A DNA stretch of 36,134 nucleotides from a virus (taxonomy: Duplodnaviria; Caudoviricetes). Of this stretch, positions 1 to 7,728 are shown piece by piece. The notes beneath the pieces are model-generated. The model saw only the letters and a program-made list of their open reading frames with translations. It was not told the origin of the DNA and ran no database searches. The first letter of the stretch is position 1; the number at the start of each line of letters is the position of its first letter. The translations under genes were made by a program, and so were the position numbers. The DNA lies in the IMG/VR virus record IMGVR_UViG_3300002091_000059, positions 1-36,134 of that record; one strand, 5' to 3'.

Positions 1-27
1 TAAACGGTTCGATCCCGTTATCCTCCA
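1..27 (+). tRNA. 3' part of a tRNA, probably tRNA-Ala (truncated by window start)
   Basis: T-arm AACGG-TTCGATC-CCGTT (3-19), then 3' acceptor strand ATCCTCC and discriminator A (20-27). U70 and A73 fit alanine identity. The anticodon is outside the window and CCA is not fully encoded. Confidence 0.75.
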
Positions 28-36
28 CATAAGCGG

Positions 37-83
37 CTCCGTTGTATAAATAGTAATGTCAATAAAACTATTATACAACGGAG
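37..83 (+). promoter_or_regulatory. T4-type late promoter TATAAATA (45-52) inside an RBS-sequestering hairpin
   Basis: Perfect 13-bp inverted repeat CTCCGTTGTATAA (37-49) / TTATACAACGGAG (71-83). The 3' arm holds the GGAG RBS of the TTG start at 93. Confidence 0.8.
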
Positions 84-92
84 TGCAGCGTT

Positions 93-734
93 TTGTTTTA
101 CACTATCTATAAAATAACAAATTTGATAAACAATAAATTTTATATAGGAAAACATCAAACCACTAATGTTAATGATGGATATATGGGATCTGGTAAGTTA
201 ATTATAGCAGCTATCAAAAAATATGGGGTAGGTAATTTCAAGAAAGATATACTTCATATATTTGATAACGAGCAAGACATGAATGAAGCGGAAAAGAATT
301 TAGTTATTTTATCTGAGGATAGTTATAACCTATGTCCCGGTGGCCAAGGCGGTTTTGGATACATTAATAAAAATATTGATTTGCAACAAAGAAATAGAGA
401 CATAAACTCTCGTAAAAATTATAATGATTTGATTTTACGAAAACGACTTTCAGAAGGACAACAAAGAGCACTTCCTTTTAGAAAACCCGCAATGATATCT
501 AATGAATCAAGATCTAAAATACTTGCACCTTTAAAAAGAGGCAATACGCCTGAAGCAATTATAAAGAAAAAAGAAACATGGCAAAAGAATAATAGAGGCA
601 TTGGTAAGAATAATTCTCAATTTGGTACTTGCTGGGTTACGAATGGAATAGAAAATAAGAAAATTAAAAAAGAAGAAATTGATTTCTATTTAGAAAACGG
701 ATATAATAAAGGTAGAAAGATTAAACATCAATGA
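93..734 (+). CDS. Seg-like GIY-YIG homing endonuclease
   Basis: N-terminal TIYKITN...FYIGKH...GYMGSG...AIKKYG..NF motif, basic C-terminal module WVTNG...GYNKGR, very AT-rich, adjacent to a tRNA as T4 segB is. Confidence 0.88.
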   Translation: MFYTIYKITNLINNKFYIGKHQTTNVNDGYMGSGKLIIAAIKKYGVGNFKKDILHIFDNEQDMNEAEKNLVILSEDSYNLCPGGQGGFGYINKNIDLQQRNRDINSRKNYNDLILRKRLSEGQQRALPFRKPAMISNESRSKILAPLKRGNTPEAIIKKKETWQKNNRGIGKNNSQFGTCWVTNGIENKKIKKEEIDFYLENGYNKGRKIKHQ

Positions 735-1426
735 AAAAGATAAAAGTATTTTGGAATATCAACGAACTAGCCAATTGGAAAACTGTATTTGATCAACAGT
801 TTGAATGCATGGTAAAAAGCGGTTTAATTGATGCCGCATCTGAAATAATCCTTATGGGAAATGGTAGACAGCGAGCATTTACTACTATTTTGTCTGAACA
901 TTCACAGTATAAGAATATCTCATTGGTAAGTGTTGCTGGCAATGCCTCACTGTTTGAATATCCTGGATTGATGTTTATGCAGAAGCAAGCGCAGGAAGCA
1001 GAAGAGCCATTCCATATTTGTTATATTCACCTTAAAGGTCTTACACGTTGGGGTAATCCAAATGTTGAAGACTGGAAGCTTTGGCTCAACTGGTGTGTGA
1101 TTGAACGCTGGAAAGATAATGTTGAAGCACTGCAAACACATGATACATCAGGACCAAATTGGGAACAGGAACCATGGCCACACCACAGTAGTAATTTTTG
1201 GTGGGCTAATAGTGAGTATGTTGCCAAGTTAACTCCGCTGGTTCATCCTCATAAATTGGTATCAGTTGGGGCAACGCAGTTCAAGGGCCATGGACATTGG
1301 CGATTTGATCATGAAGCTTGGCTGGGTAGTGGCAACCCAAATGCTCACGAGATTGCCCGTAGCTTTGCAGTAGGTGGAGACCATTATGAAAAGCCTTATC
1401 CACCTGAACTTTATCGTACTGATTGA
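731..1426 (+). CDS. hypothetical protein, possibly glycosyltransferase-like
   Basis: 231-aa ORF coupled by ATGA overlap. The YIHLKG...SNFWWA...R..HEAW pattern recalls putative glyco-enzymes of large viruses; function is tentative. Confidence 0.55.
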   Translation: MKKIKVFWNINELANWKTVFDQQFECMVKSGLIDAASEIILMGNGRQRAFTTILSEHSQYKNISLVSVAGNASLFEYPGLMFMQKQAQEAEEPFHICYIHLKGLTRWGNPNVEDWKLWLNWCVIERWKDNVEALQTHDTSGPNWEQEPWPHHSSNFWWANSEYVAKLTPLVHPHKLVSVGATQFKGHGHWRFDHEAWLGSGNPNAHEIARSFAVGGDHYEKPYPPELYRTD

Positions 1427-1839
1427 TTTTTAACGTAAAGTTTGTAGAGTAATCGTTCTAAACGCCTAGCTTCTATTTCCCATGGCATATCCCTATAGCT
1501 CATGTCAGCGTCATATAGATGCCCCTCATAACGACAAACAGGGGCATCGTAATTTTTAAGCTTGCCTGTTGCATATTGCCAAACATGTACCATTTCGTGA
1601 GCAATGGTTTGGATGATGTCCTTCCCTTCAAGTTTCCTATCTATTAGGATAGTAAATTCTCTGGGTCTGGTATTGACATCAAGGGGATCACATATGCCCC
1701 ATGCATCTCTCAAATCTTTAAATCTCAAATTGATTGTTAGGTTGCTTGCTAGGCGCTTGTTACGTTTGAACAGGTGCTCAGTAAAGAATTTAATAGCTTC
1801 AAGTGAGTGCTTGCGTCTTTGATAACTGGTTTTATACAT
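1411..1839 (-). CDS. SprT-like/zincin metalloprotease
   Basis: HExxH motif (IAHEMVHVWQY) plus PWEIEA. Start moved to ATG at 1839 because of a GGAG RBS at 1850-1847 and CTAAATA on the minus strand at 1868-1862. Confidence 0.75.
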   Translation of the reverse strand: MYKTSYQRRKHSLEAIKFFTEHLFKRNKRLASNLTINLRFKDLRDAWGICDPLDVNTRPREFTILIDRKLEGKDIIQTIAHEMVHVWQYATGKLKNYDAPVCRYEGHLYDADMSYRDMPWEIEARRLERLLYKLYVKNQSVR

Positions 1840-1871
1840 TTTTGATCTCCAGCTGTTCAAATATTTAGTGG

Positions 1872-1899
1872 TTGACAAATCAGCGGGATATGCTACCAT
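1872..1899 (+). promoter_or_regulatory. sigma70-type early promoter
   Basis: TTGACA-N16-TACCAT with extended TGn; AGGAG RBS and ATG 1919 downstream. Confidence 0.7.
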
Positions 1900-1918
1900 T
1901 TGAATATAGGAGAGCTAA

Positions 1919-2113
1919 ATGGTTGAATTGTTGACTGAAGAACGTGTAATGGAACTTGTTACAATCTCAACGGAATATGCTAAATCACGCAATTTGGATG
2001 TGGATTGCTATTTGGCTTCCATGCTTAACCCTGACAATATGGGCAATCATGACGCTGGGCAAATCATTGAATTGCTTATTAAATATCACAGGGATTGGCT
2101 CAATCGTAACTGA
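1919..2113 (+). CDS. small early hypothetical protein (64 aa)
   Basis: Strong RBS AGGAGAG and its own promoter. Confidence 0.7.
   Translation: MVELLTEERVMELVTISTEYAKSRNLDVDCYLASMLNPDNMGNHDAGQIIELLIKYHRDWLNRN
1945..1964. promoter_or_regulatory. operator-like palindrome copy 1
   Basis: TGTAAT-GGAACTT-GTTACAA. Confidence 0.5.
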
Positions 2114-2124
2114 ATTTGTTACAA
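2105..2124. promoter_or_regulatory. operator-like palindrome copy 2
   Basis: CGTAAC-TGAATTT-GTTACAA, about 10 nt upstream of the -35 at 2134. Confidence 0.55.
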
Positions 2125-2133
2125 AAATACCGG

Positions 2134-2161
2134 TTGACGCCTACCCAATACATGCTATTAT
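2134..2161 (+). promoter_or_regulatory. sigma70-type early promoter
   Basis: TTGACG-N16-TATTAT with extended TGn. Confidence 0.7.
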
Positions 2162-2188
2162 GTATTATGGGAAATGAGGAGAGCGCAC

Positions 2189-2476
2189 ATGGCTTACGTC
2201 GTTTACAATGTTGGCACTACCCAAACTGTTAATGAGAAGCGTTGGGGTCGTGAGACCTACAAGACCGAAGCTGCTGCTAAAGCTGCTCGTACTCGCATGA
2301 TCAAGCGTATCAAGTATGATCCCACCCAGCTTGCCATTGCTGAAGTTGCTTTTTATACGCAAAACATTGCTGCTACTGTTACACGCACCAATTTGATGAC
2401 GGGCAAGACCTACCAGGAAAGCGTTAATACGCCCATGTGTTGCAGTCCCTCCAGTGAAACTTACTGGAGCATGTGA
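2189..2476 (+). CDS. early hypothetical phage protein (95 aa)
   Basis: RBS GAGGAG at 2176-2181 before ATG 2189; biased codon usage; ends TPMCCSPSSETYWSM. Confidence 0.8.
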   Translation: MAYVVYNVGTTQTVNEKRWGRETYKTEAAAKAARTRMIKRIKYDPTQLAIAEVAFYTQNIAATVTRTNLMTGKTYQESVNTPMCCSPSSETYWSM

Positions 2477-2537
2477 TGGATTTTTGGGAAGAAGCTTTCA
2501 AGAGTTATGCTATCTTCTCATTCTCACTTGCGTTGAT

Positions 2538-2557
2538 TGTAATACAACCTGTTACAA
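2538..2557. promoter_or_regulatory. operator-like palindrome copy 3
   Basis: TGTAAT-ACAACCT-GTTACAA upstream of the -35 at 2585. Confidence 0.55.
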
Positions 2558-2584
2558 CACAAGAGTTGGCGTCTGTAAAAATGG

Positions 2585-2612
2585 TTGACAAGAGACCATT
2601 TGGGTGTATACT
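2585..2612 (+). promoter_or_regulatory. sigma70-type early promoter
   Basis: TTGACA-N16-TATACT. Confidence 0.72.
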
Positions 2613-2642
2613 AGAAACAGTAGAGCTAATAGGAGCAAGCGA

Positions 2643-2846
2643 ATGGGTGAAGTCATTCAAGTTAACTTCCGTAAGGGTGAGTTGAGCGAGCGTGAAGAGT
2701 TCCTAAACCTGCTTGCAGTTGAGCTGGACGAGCTGGATTTCCAGGACTTTGTCGAAGCTGTCAACGATCCCGAGGGTGCTGTTTACCGGGAGTTGGACAA
2801 GGATATGCAGGCTTTTGTCATCGAGTTCTTCAACAAAACCGCTTGA
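2643..2846 (+). CDS. small acidic early protein (67 aa)
   Basis: AGGAG RBS at 2631-2635 before ATG 2643; 17 D/E versus 6 K/R. Confidence 0.75.
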   Translation: MGEVIQVNFRKGELSEREEFLNLLAVELDELDFQDFVEAVNDPEGAVYRELDKDMQAFVIEFFNKTA

Positions 2847-2870
2847 CAACTTCGCTATCTATGCTAATAT
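2843..2870 (+). promoter_or_regulatory. sigma70-type early promoter
   Basis: TTGACA-N16-TAATAT with extended TGn; a TATAAT also lies at 2868-2873. Confidence 0.7.
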
Positions 2871-2900
2871 AATGATATGCTGCTAAACAAGAGGTGTCCT

Positions 2901-3914
2901 ATGCAGGTGCTTATTAAACAAGGTTCCTACCGTAATGCCCCCATTGAGAACATGGTGTTCCCACTTGTCAAAGGTTTGACCGAGGGTAACAAGGGTTCGT
3001 TCCTTACAGTTGATGCCAAGGATGTAATGCCCGGCAGGGACCGTATCCGTGTTGTTGTTAACAGCCCTGCGGACTACGAAATTATTGGAGAGGAAAATAC
3101 TATGAGCGTTGCTACTGCTCCCACTGTTGAATCCGTAGAAACTGATGAAGAGATTATGTCTCGTATCGGCGAGCGTTTTGAAATTATGGATGCCATGACA
3201 CAGGCAGTAGTTGAGGGTGTTGTGCGCTCAATGATTGTTGTGGGTCCTCCCGGCGTAGGCAAGAGCTATGGTGTCGTCCGCAAGCTTGAAGAAGCTAACC
3301 TCTTTAACATGATTGGCGGTGACATCCGTTACGAGGTTGTTAAGGGCTCCACTACTGCTTTGGGGTTGTATGCAAAGCTTTATGAGTTTAGTCGTGAGGG
3401 TGACGTGCTCGTGTTCGACGATTGCGACAGCATTCTTATGGATGAGGTGTCACTTAATATTCTTAAGGCTGCTTTGGACACCAACAAAAAGAGGACCCTG
3501 CACTGGAACAGTGACAGCCGGTTGCTTCGTAACGAAGGCATTCCCAACAAGTTTGACTTCAAGGGTGCTTGCATCTTTATTACCAACATCAAGTTTGATA
3601 ATGTTCGTAGTAAGAAGTTGCGTGATCATTTGGAAGCTCTAGAGTCCCGCTCTCATTACATTGATCTTACAATGGACTCTATGCGTGACAAGTATCTGCG
3701 TATTAAACAAATTGCTGTTACGGGCGAACTCTTTAAGGAGTTCCGCTTTGAGAATAACGAGGAACAGGAAATCCTGGACTATATGGTCGAGCATAAGACA
3801 CGTTGGCGCGAAATGTCAATGCGTTGCGCTGTTAAGCTCGCTGCTCTGCGTAAGACTATGCCAATGAACTGGCAGCGCACCGCGCAAGTTACCCTAATGA
3901 AGAACGCTTTTTAA
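2901..3914 (+). CDS. AAA+ family ATPase
   Basis: Walker A GPPGVGKS, Walker B VLVFDD, sensor IFITN, ALESR arginine finger; GAGGTG RBS before ATG 2901. Confidence 0.85.
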   Translation: MQVLIKQGSYRNAPIENMVFPLVKGLTEGNKGSFLTVDAKDVMPGRDRIRVVVNSPADYEIIGEENTMSVATAPTVESVETDEEIMSRIGERFEIMDAMTQAVVEGVVRSMIVVGPPGVGKSYGVVRKLEEANLFNMIGGDIRYEVVKGSTTALGLYAKLYEFSREGDVLVFDDCDSILMDEVSLNILKAALDTNKKRTLHWNSDSRLLRNEGIPNKFDFKGACIFITNIKFDNVRSKKLRDHLEALESRSHYIDLTMDSMRDKYLRIKQIAVTGELFKEFRFENNEEQEILDYMVEHKTRWREMSMRCAVKLAALRKTMPMNWQRTAQVTLMKNAF

Positions 3915-3926
3915 GGAGGACTAAAA

Positions 3927-4055
3927 ATGGTACGTCGGTATAACACTGAACTTCGTGTATGGGAAGTAGGCTACTGGGTCAATGATACTCGTTTTAAAGT
4001 TGTTGATCTTGTGCAAGACTACGACGAGCTTGTGATCTACAGGGAGGCAGCATGA
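3927..4055 (+). CDS. 42-aa small protein absent from the ORF track (MVRRYNTELRVWEVGYWVNDTRFKVVDLVQDYDELVIYREAA)
   Basis: Perfect RBS AAGGAGG at 3913-3919; fills the gap between genes; its TGA overlaps the next ATG (ATGA). Confidence 0.8.
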   Translation: MVRRYNTELRVWEVGYWVNDTRFKVVDLVQDYDELVIYREAA

Positions 4056-4282
4056 AAGAGTTTGAATTCTGTGAACGTGTAGGTAAATGGTATCGTCCAT
4101 GTAATTGGACTACCTGCTATGACTACAAAGGTCCTAGTAAGGCTCTTAAGCGACACGTTGATGGGGCATGGGAGGTATCTTTGTCTTTTGCAAAGCTTCT
4201 CGTCGAGACTGAAACTTACGTTGGCGCACTTTGCCAGACATGCGGTAAGTTTATCAAGAAGGATCAAACAGATGAACAGTGA
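4052..4282 (+). CDS. small Cys-containing hypothetical protein
   Basis: GGAGG RBS, ATGA coupling, C-terminal CQTC. Confidence 0.7.
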   Translation: MKEFEFCERVGKWYRPCNWTTCYDYKGPSKALKRHVDGAWEVSLSFAKLLVETETYVGALCQTCGKFIKKDQTDEQ

Positions 4283-4469
4283 AGATGACTTCCGTAAGTG
4301 GCAGTATAGCTTTAAACTGCAAATGAAGCAGCCTTTCTATCATACCTTTGATAAAAAGCCAGATGCAGTCAAGCAGGAACTGGAACGTATGGATAGGTTG
4401 GAACATGTCGTGAATATGCGTGACACCACATGGGTCGAAGAGTATTGCGCTGACCTGCAACGTAAATAA
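4272..4469 (+). CDS. hypothetical protein (65 aa)
   Basis: AAGGA RBS before ATG 4272; the longer start at 4119 would overlap the previous gene. Confidence 0.6.
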   Translation: MNSEDDFRKWQYSFKLQMKQPFYHTFDKKPDAVKQELERMDRLEHVVNMRDTTWVEEYCADLQRK

Positions 4470-4483
4470 TATAGGAGTGTAAT

Positions 4484-4792
4484 ATGTTTTTTGACTATTG
4501 GGTAATTGGAGTACTGTTTGGTCTATTTGTTGCCAATACTATTTTCCAATTTAGGCTGGGTTTCTCTCAGGGATCCAAAGGCGGATACGCTGTGGGAATG
4601 TATCATGCTGTGAGTTGGCTTATGAAAAATCACGCATTGGAATGTGAGAATAGTAAAACAGGTGAACCTGCATCCGCTGGTGATGTTGTTGCCGTTATTA
4701 TTCGAAGTAATACATATGACCTATTTAGGTTAACTGATAAAAGTGAACTGGCTAAGATTGCAGAAGCAACTAGTGCGGTTGAAGACAATTAA
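4484..4792 (+). CDS. hypothetical membrane-anchored protein
   Basis: AGGAG RBS; hydrophobic N-terminus YWVIGVLFGLFVANTIF followed by GxxxG-like pattern. Confidence 0.75.
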   Translation: MFFDYWVIGVLFGLFVANTIFQFRLGFSQGSKGGYAVGMYHAVSWLMKNHALECENSKTGEPASAGDVVAVIIRSNTYDLFRLTDKSELAKIAEATSAVEDN

Positions 4793-4817
4793 TTATACCA
4801 CTACCTATTAATAATAT

Positions 4818-4849
4818 AACAGGCAACATGTAATGTGTTGCCTGTTTTT
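4818..4849 (+). terminator. intrinsic terminator
   Basis: AACAGGCAACA / TGTTGCCTGTT 11-bp stem followed by T run. Confidence 0.8.
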
Positions 4850-4851
4850 AT

Positions 4852-4880
4852 TTGATTTAAACGTCATAAGGATGTATATT
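4852..4880 (+). promoter_or_regulatory. sigma70-type promoter, leaderless position
   Basis: TTGATT-N17-TATATT ending 6 nt before ATG 4887. Confidence 0.6.
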
Positions 4881-4886
4881 AATAAA

Positions 4887-6338
4887 ATGGCAAGTTGTAA
4901 GATAGTAATTCATGATGAAGTGAACTGCAAAGTTGAAGGACTTGATGTCGATATGCGTCGACGTCTTGTTGCAAAGTTCAAATACGAAGTACCTTATGCT
5001 AGATACCTGCCTGCTGTTAGGCTGGGACGTTGGGACGGTAAGGTTGCTTACTTTCAATTGAGCGGCACAACCTATGTTAACTTGCTGCCAGAAATTATTG
5101 AATGGTTGACTGAACGCAATGTAAACATCGAGCTGGATGATCAACGAGAAGCTGCACCACAATTTGACTTTGTTGAAGTTGATGAGAGTGCTTTTGGTAA
5201 TGTCAAGTGGCCCAAAGGACATCCTGCTGCTGGACAACCTATTATGCTGCGTGACTATCAAGTTGAAATTATCAATAACTTCCTTTCTAACCCACAGTGC
5301 CTTCAAGAGGTGGCAACGGGTGCTGGCAAGACAATTATGACTGCTGCCCTTAGCTACAAGTGTCAAGATTATGGACGCACATTGGTTATTGTCCCCAACA
5401 AGAGTCTAGTAACACAAACAGAAGAAGATTATATCAACATGGGACTTGATGTTGGTGTTTACTTTGGTGATCGCAAAGACTTTGGTAAGACACACACTAT
5501 CTGCACATGGCAAAGCTTAAACAACATTGTCAAGAATCAAAAGGAAACAGACTTTACCATTGCTGAATTTATTGAAGGTGTGGTTGCTGTTATCGTAGAC
5601 GAAGTACATATGGCCAAAGCTGAGGTATTGAAAGCTTTGCTAACGGAGCATATGGGAAATGTTCCAATACGTTGGGGGCTAACAGGGACTATTCCCAAGG
5701 AACAATTTGAGTTTATTAGTCTCAAGATTGCCATTGGTGATGTCATCAATAGACTCAGCGCCAGTGAACTACAAGACAAGGGAGTACTTGCACAGTGTCA
5801 TGTGAATATTGTTCAAACAGAAGAGCATAGCGAGTTCACTGACTATCAAAAGGAACTCAAGTACCTTACCACAAGTCCTGAACGACTGGATTACATTGCC
5901 AAGTTGGCCAGTGAGATTATTAAAACCGGCAATACACTTATATTGATTGATCGCATTGCAGCGGGTGAGGAACTTGCTGCAAGAATACCCAACAGCATAT
6001 TTGTATCAGGAGATATGAAGACAGATGCTCGTAAAGGACACTATGATGAAATTGCAGAAACTATGGACAGAACTATTATTGCCACCTACGGCGTGGCTGC
6101 TGTGGGGATCAATATTCCTCGTATCTTCAATCTTGTACTCATTGAGCCTGGTAAGTCTTTTGTTCGCGTCATTCAGTCTATCGGGCGTGGAATTCGTAAG
6201 GCACAAGATAAGGACTCTGTTCAGATTTGGGACATAACAGGCAACTGTAAATTTGCCAAAAGACATTTGACAAAAAGAAAACAGTTCTATAAGGAAGCTA
6301 AATATAATTATACAATTGAAAAGGTTAATTATAAATGA
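4887..6338 (+). CDS. uvsW: UvsW-like superfamily 2 DNA helicase
   Basis: LRDYQ, ATGAGKT, VDEVH, GLTGT, QSIGRGIR motifs; N-terminal WDGK..F typical of UvsW. Confidence 0.9.
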   Translation: MASCKIVIHDEVNCKVEGLDVDMRRRLVAKFKYEVPYARYLPAVRLGRWDGKVAYFQLSGTTYVNLLPEIIEWLTERNVNIELDDQREAAPQFDFVEVDESAFGNVKWPKGHPAAGQPIMLRDYQVEIINNFLSNPQCLQEVATGAGKTIMTAALSYKCQDYGRTLVIVPNKSLVTQTEEDYINMGLDVGVYFGDRKDFGKTHTICTWQSLNNIVKNQKETDFTIAEFIEGVVAVIVDEVHMAKAEVLKALLTEHMGNVPIRWGLTGTIPKEQFEFISLKIAIGDVINRLSASELQDKGVLAQCHVNIVQTEEHSEFTDYQKELKYLTTSPERLDYIAKLASEIIKTGNTLILIDRIAAGEELAARIPNSIFVSGDMKTDARKGHYDEIAETMDRTIIATYGVAAVGINIPRIFNLVLIEPGKSFVRVIQSIGRGIRKAQDKDSVQIWDITGNCKFAKRHLTKRKQFYKEAKYNYTIEKVNYK

Positions 6339-6946
6339 GTTTCACTGATAACAAATATTATAGATGCTATATCAGAATAATCAATGCTGCAAAAAATAGA
6401 AATCTAGACAAAGAAATATATGTTGAAAAACATCATATCTTGCCTAAAAGTATGGGCGGATCAAATAAAAAAGAAAACTTAGTTGCTTTAACAGCAAAAG
6501 AACATTATATATGTCATGTGCTTTTAACCAAATGCACAGAAGGATTTTATCTAAAATTGATGCAATATGCATTAGGGAAATTTATACAATCGAGCAAATA
6601 TCAAAAAAGAAATTTCACTGCTAGACAATATCAGCGTATTAGAGAATCTATTTCTTTAGCTCGAACTGGTACTATTTTTTCTGAGGAATCTAGAAAAAAG
6701 ATGTCCGATTCAAGTAAAGGAAGAGTTGCTTGGAATAAAGGACTTAAAGGTGTTGTAATACATTCTGTGGAATCTAATAAAAAAAGATCTGATACACTTA
6801 AGGGTAAAGTTTTTTCTGAAGAAAGAAATAAAAAAATATCTGAGAACAAAAAAGGAAAACCTAGTGGCATGATTGGTAAGAAACATTCAGAAGAAACTAA
6901 ACAAAAAATGCGAGAAGCATTTTTAAAAAGAACAAATAAGAAATGA
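6335..6946 (+). CDS. HNH homing endonuclease (Mob-like) with NUMOD3 repeats
   Basis: EKHHILPKSMGGSN...NLVALTAKEHYICH; four (F/H)SEE.+KK-type repeats; AT-rich. Confidence 0.88.
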   Translation: MSFTDNKYYRCYIRIINAAKNRNLDKEIYVEKHHILPKSMGGSNKKENLVALTAKEHYICHVLLTKCTEGFYLKLMQYALGKFIQSSKYQKRNFTARQYQRIRESISLARTGTIFSEESRKKMSDSSKGRVAWNKGLKGVVIHSVESNKKRSDTLKGKVFSEERNKKISENKKGKPSGMIGKKHSEETKQKMREAFLKRTNKK

Positions 6947-7728
6947 AACTTGCAGTATGTGGATGTAGCTTTAGTGCCACAGTAGAAGGTGAATATGCCA
7001 ACACACATTGGAGTGAACTACTAGCCAATACCATGGACTATGAGCTAATTAATTTTGCACGACAAGGTATTAGTAATGCTGCGATACGTGTACAAATAGA
7101 TGAAGCAATAGCCCAACATGCTGACTATGTTTGTATTGGATTCACAACTGAGGATCGTATTGAACTTCCATTGGGCAAGTTCCAAAAGGTAAAGGATGGC
7201 AGTCCCAATCATACCGCATATATGGATAAGCGCAATGGTTGGCGGCATGAGCGTGGTTTGCAAAACTTCAATTACGGTAATCGCCACCCATACACAATGA
7301 TATCCGAGACAATTTTTAGTATAATTGACAAGCTTCCTCACAATTACAGAGTTGCGGAAGTGCCAGAAAACATTAGATTGGCAGTGGAAGGATACGCTGC
7401 TTTTATGTATGATGCTCATTGGAAAAAGCAACTGGACCGCTGGGTTATTAACAGTGGGCTATGGAAGTTGCATGACCTGAGCATTCCATTCCTATATAAT
7501 CCCTGGACAAATGTTACTCCAGTAGATATGAATTTTGATATGCCTGAATGGTTTCAAAAGCGATACTTTGTGTCAGGTGACATGGGCTTTGGCGTTATGT
7601 GTGACCGCTACCCACATACTCCTGACATTGGTTATCATACTAGCCCTCAAGGGCAAAAAGCAATAGCAAACGGCTATTGGAATTTTATACAGAATCAAAG
7701 GAATAATAATGAGAATTTTAACAGTTGA
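6943..7728 (+). CDS. SGNH/GDSL hydrolase-like protein
   Basis: Block I GCSFS, block II NFARQGISN, C-terminal YHTSPQGQ. Confidence 0.6.
   Translation: MKLAVCGCSFSATVEGEYANTHWSELLANTMDYELINFARQGISNAAIRVQIDEAIAQHADYVCIGFTTEDRIELPLGKFQKVKDGSPNHTAYMDKRNGWRHERGLQNFNYGNRHPYTMISETIFSIIDKLPHNYRVAEVPENIRLAVEGYAAFMYDAHWKKQLDRWVINSGLWKLHDLSIPFLYNPWTNVTPVDMNFDMPEWFQKRYFVSGDMGFGVMCDRYPHTPDIGYHTSPQGQKAIANGYWNFIQNQRNNNENFNS

Noticed and set aside
1-27. Second tmRNA 3' end
   Set aside because: The canonical TTCGA T-loop and the absence of encoded CCA favour tRNA-Ala; this cannot be fully excluded without upstream sequence.
2473-2685. 70-aa + strand ORF
   Set aside because: It runs through an operator copy, a promoter and the RBS/start of the 2643 gene; the region is better explained as regulatory DNA.
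4833-4886. Upstream extension of uvsW in the ORF track
   Set aside because: It overlaps a terminator and a promoter; ATG 4887 fits better.
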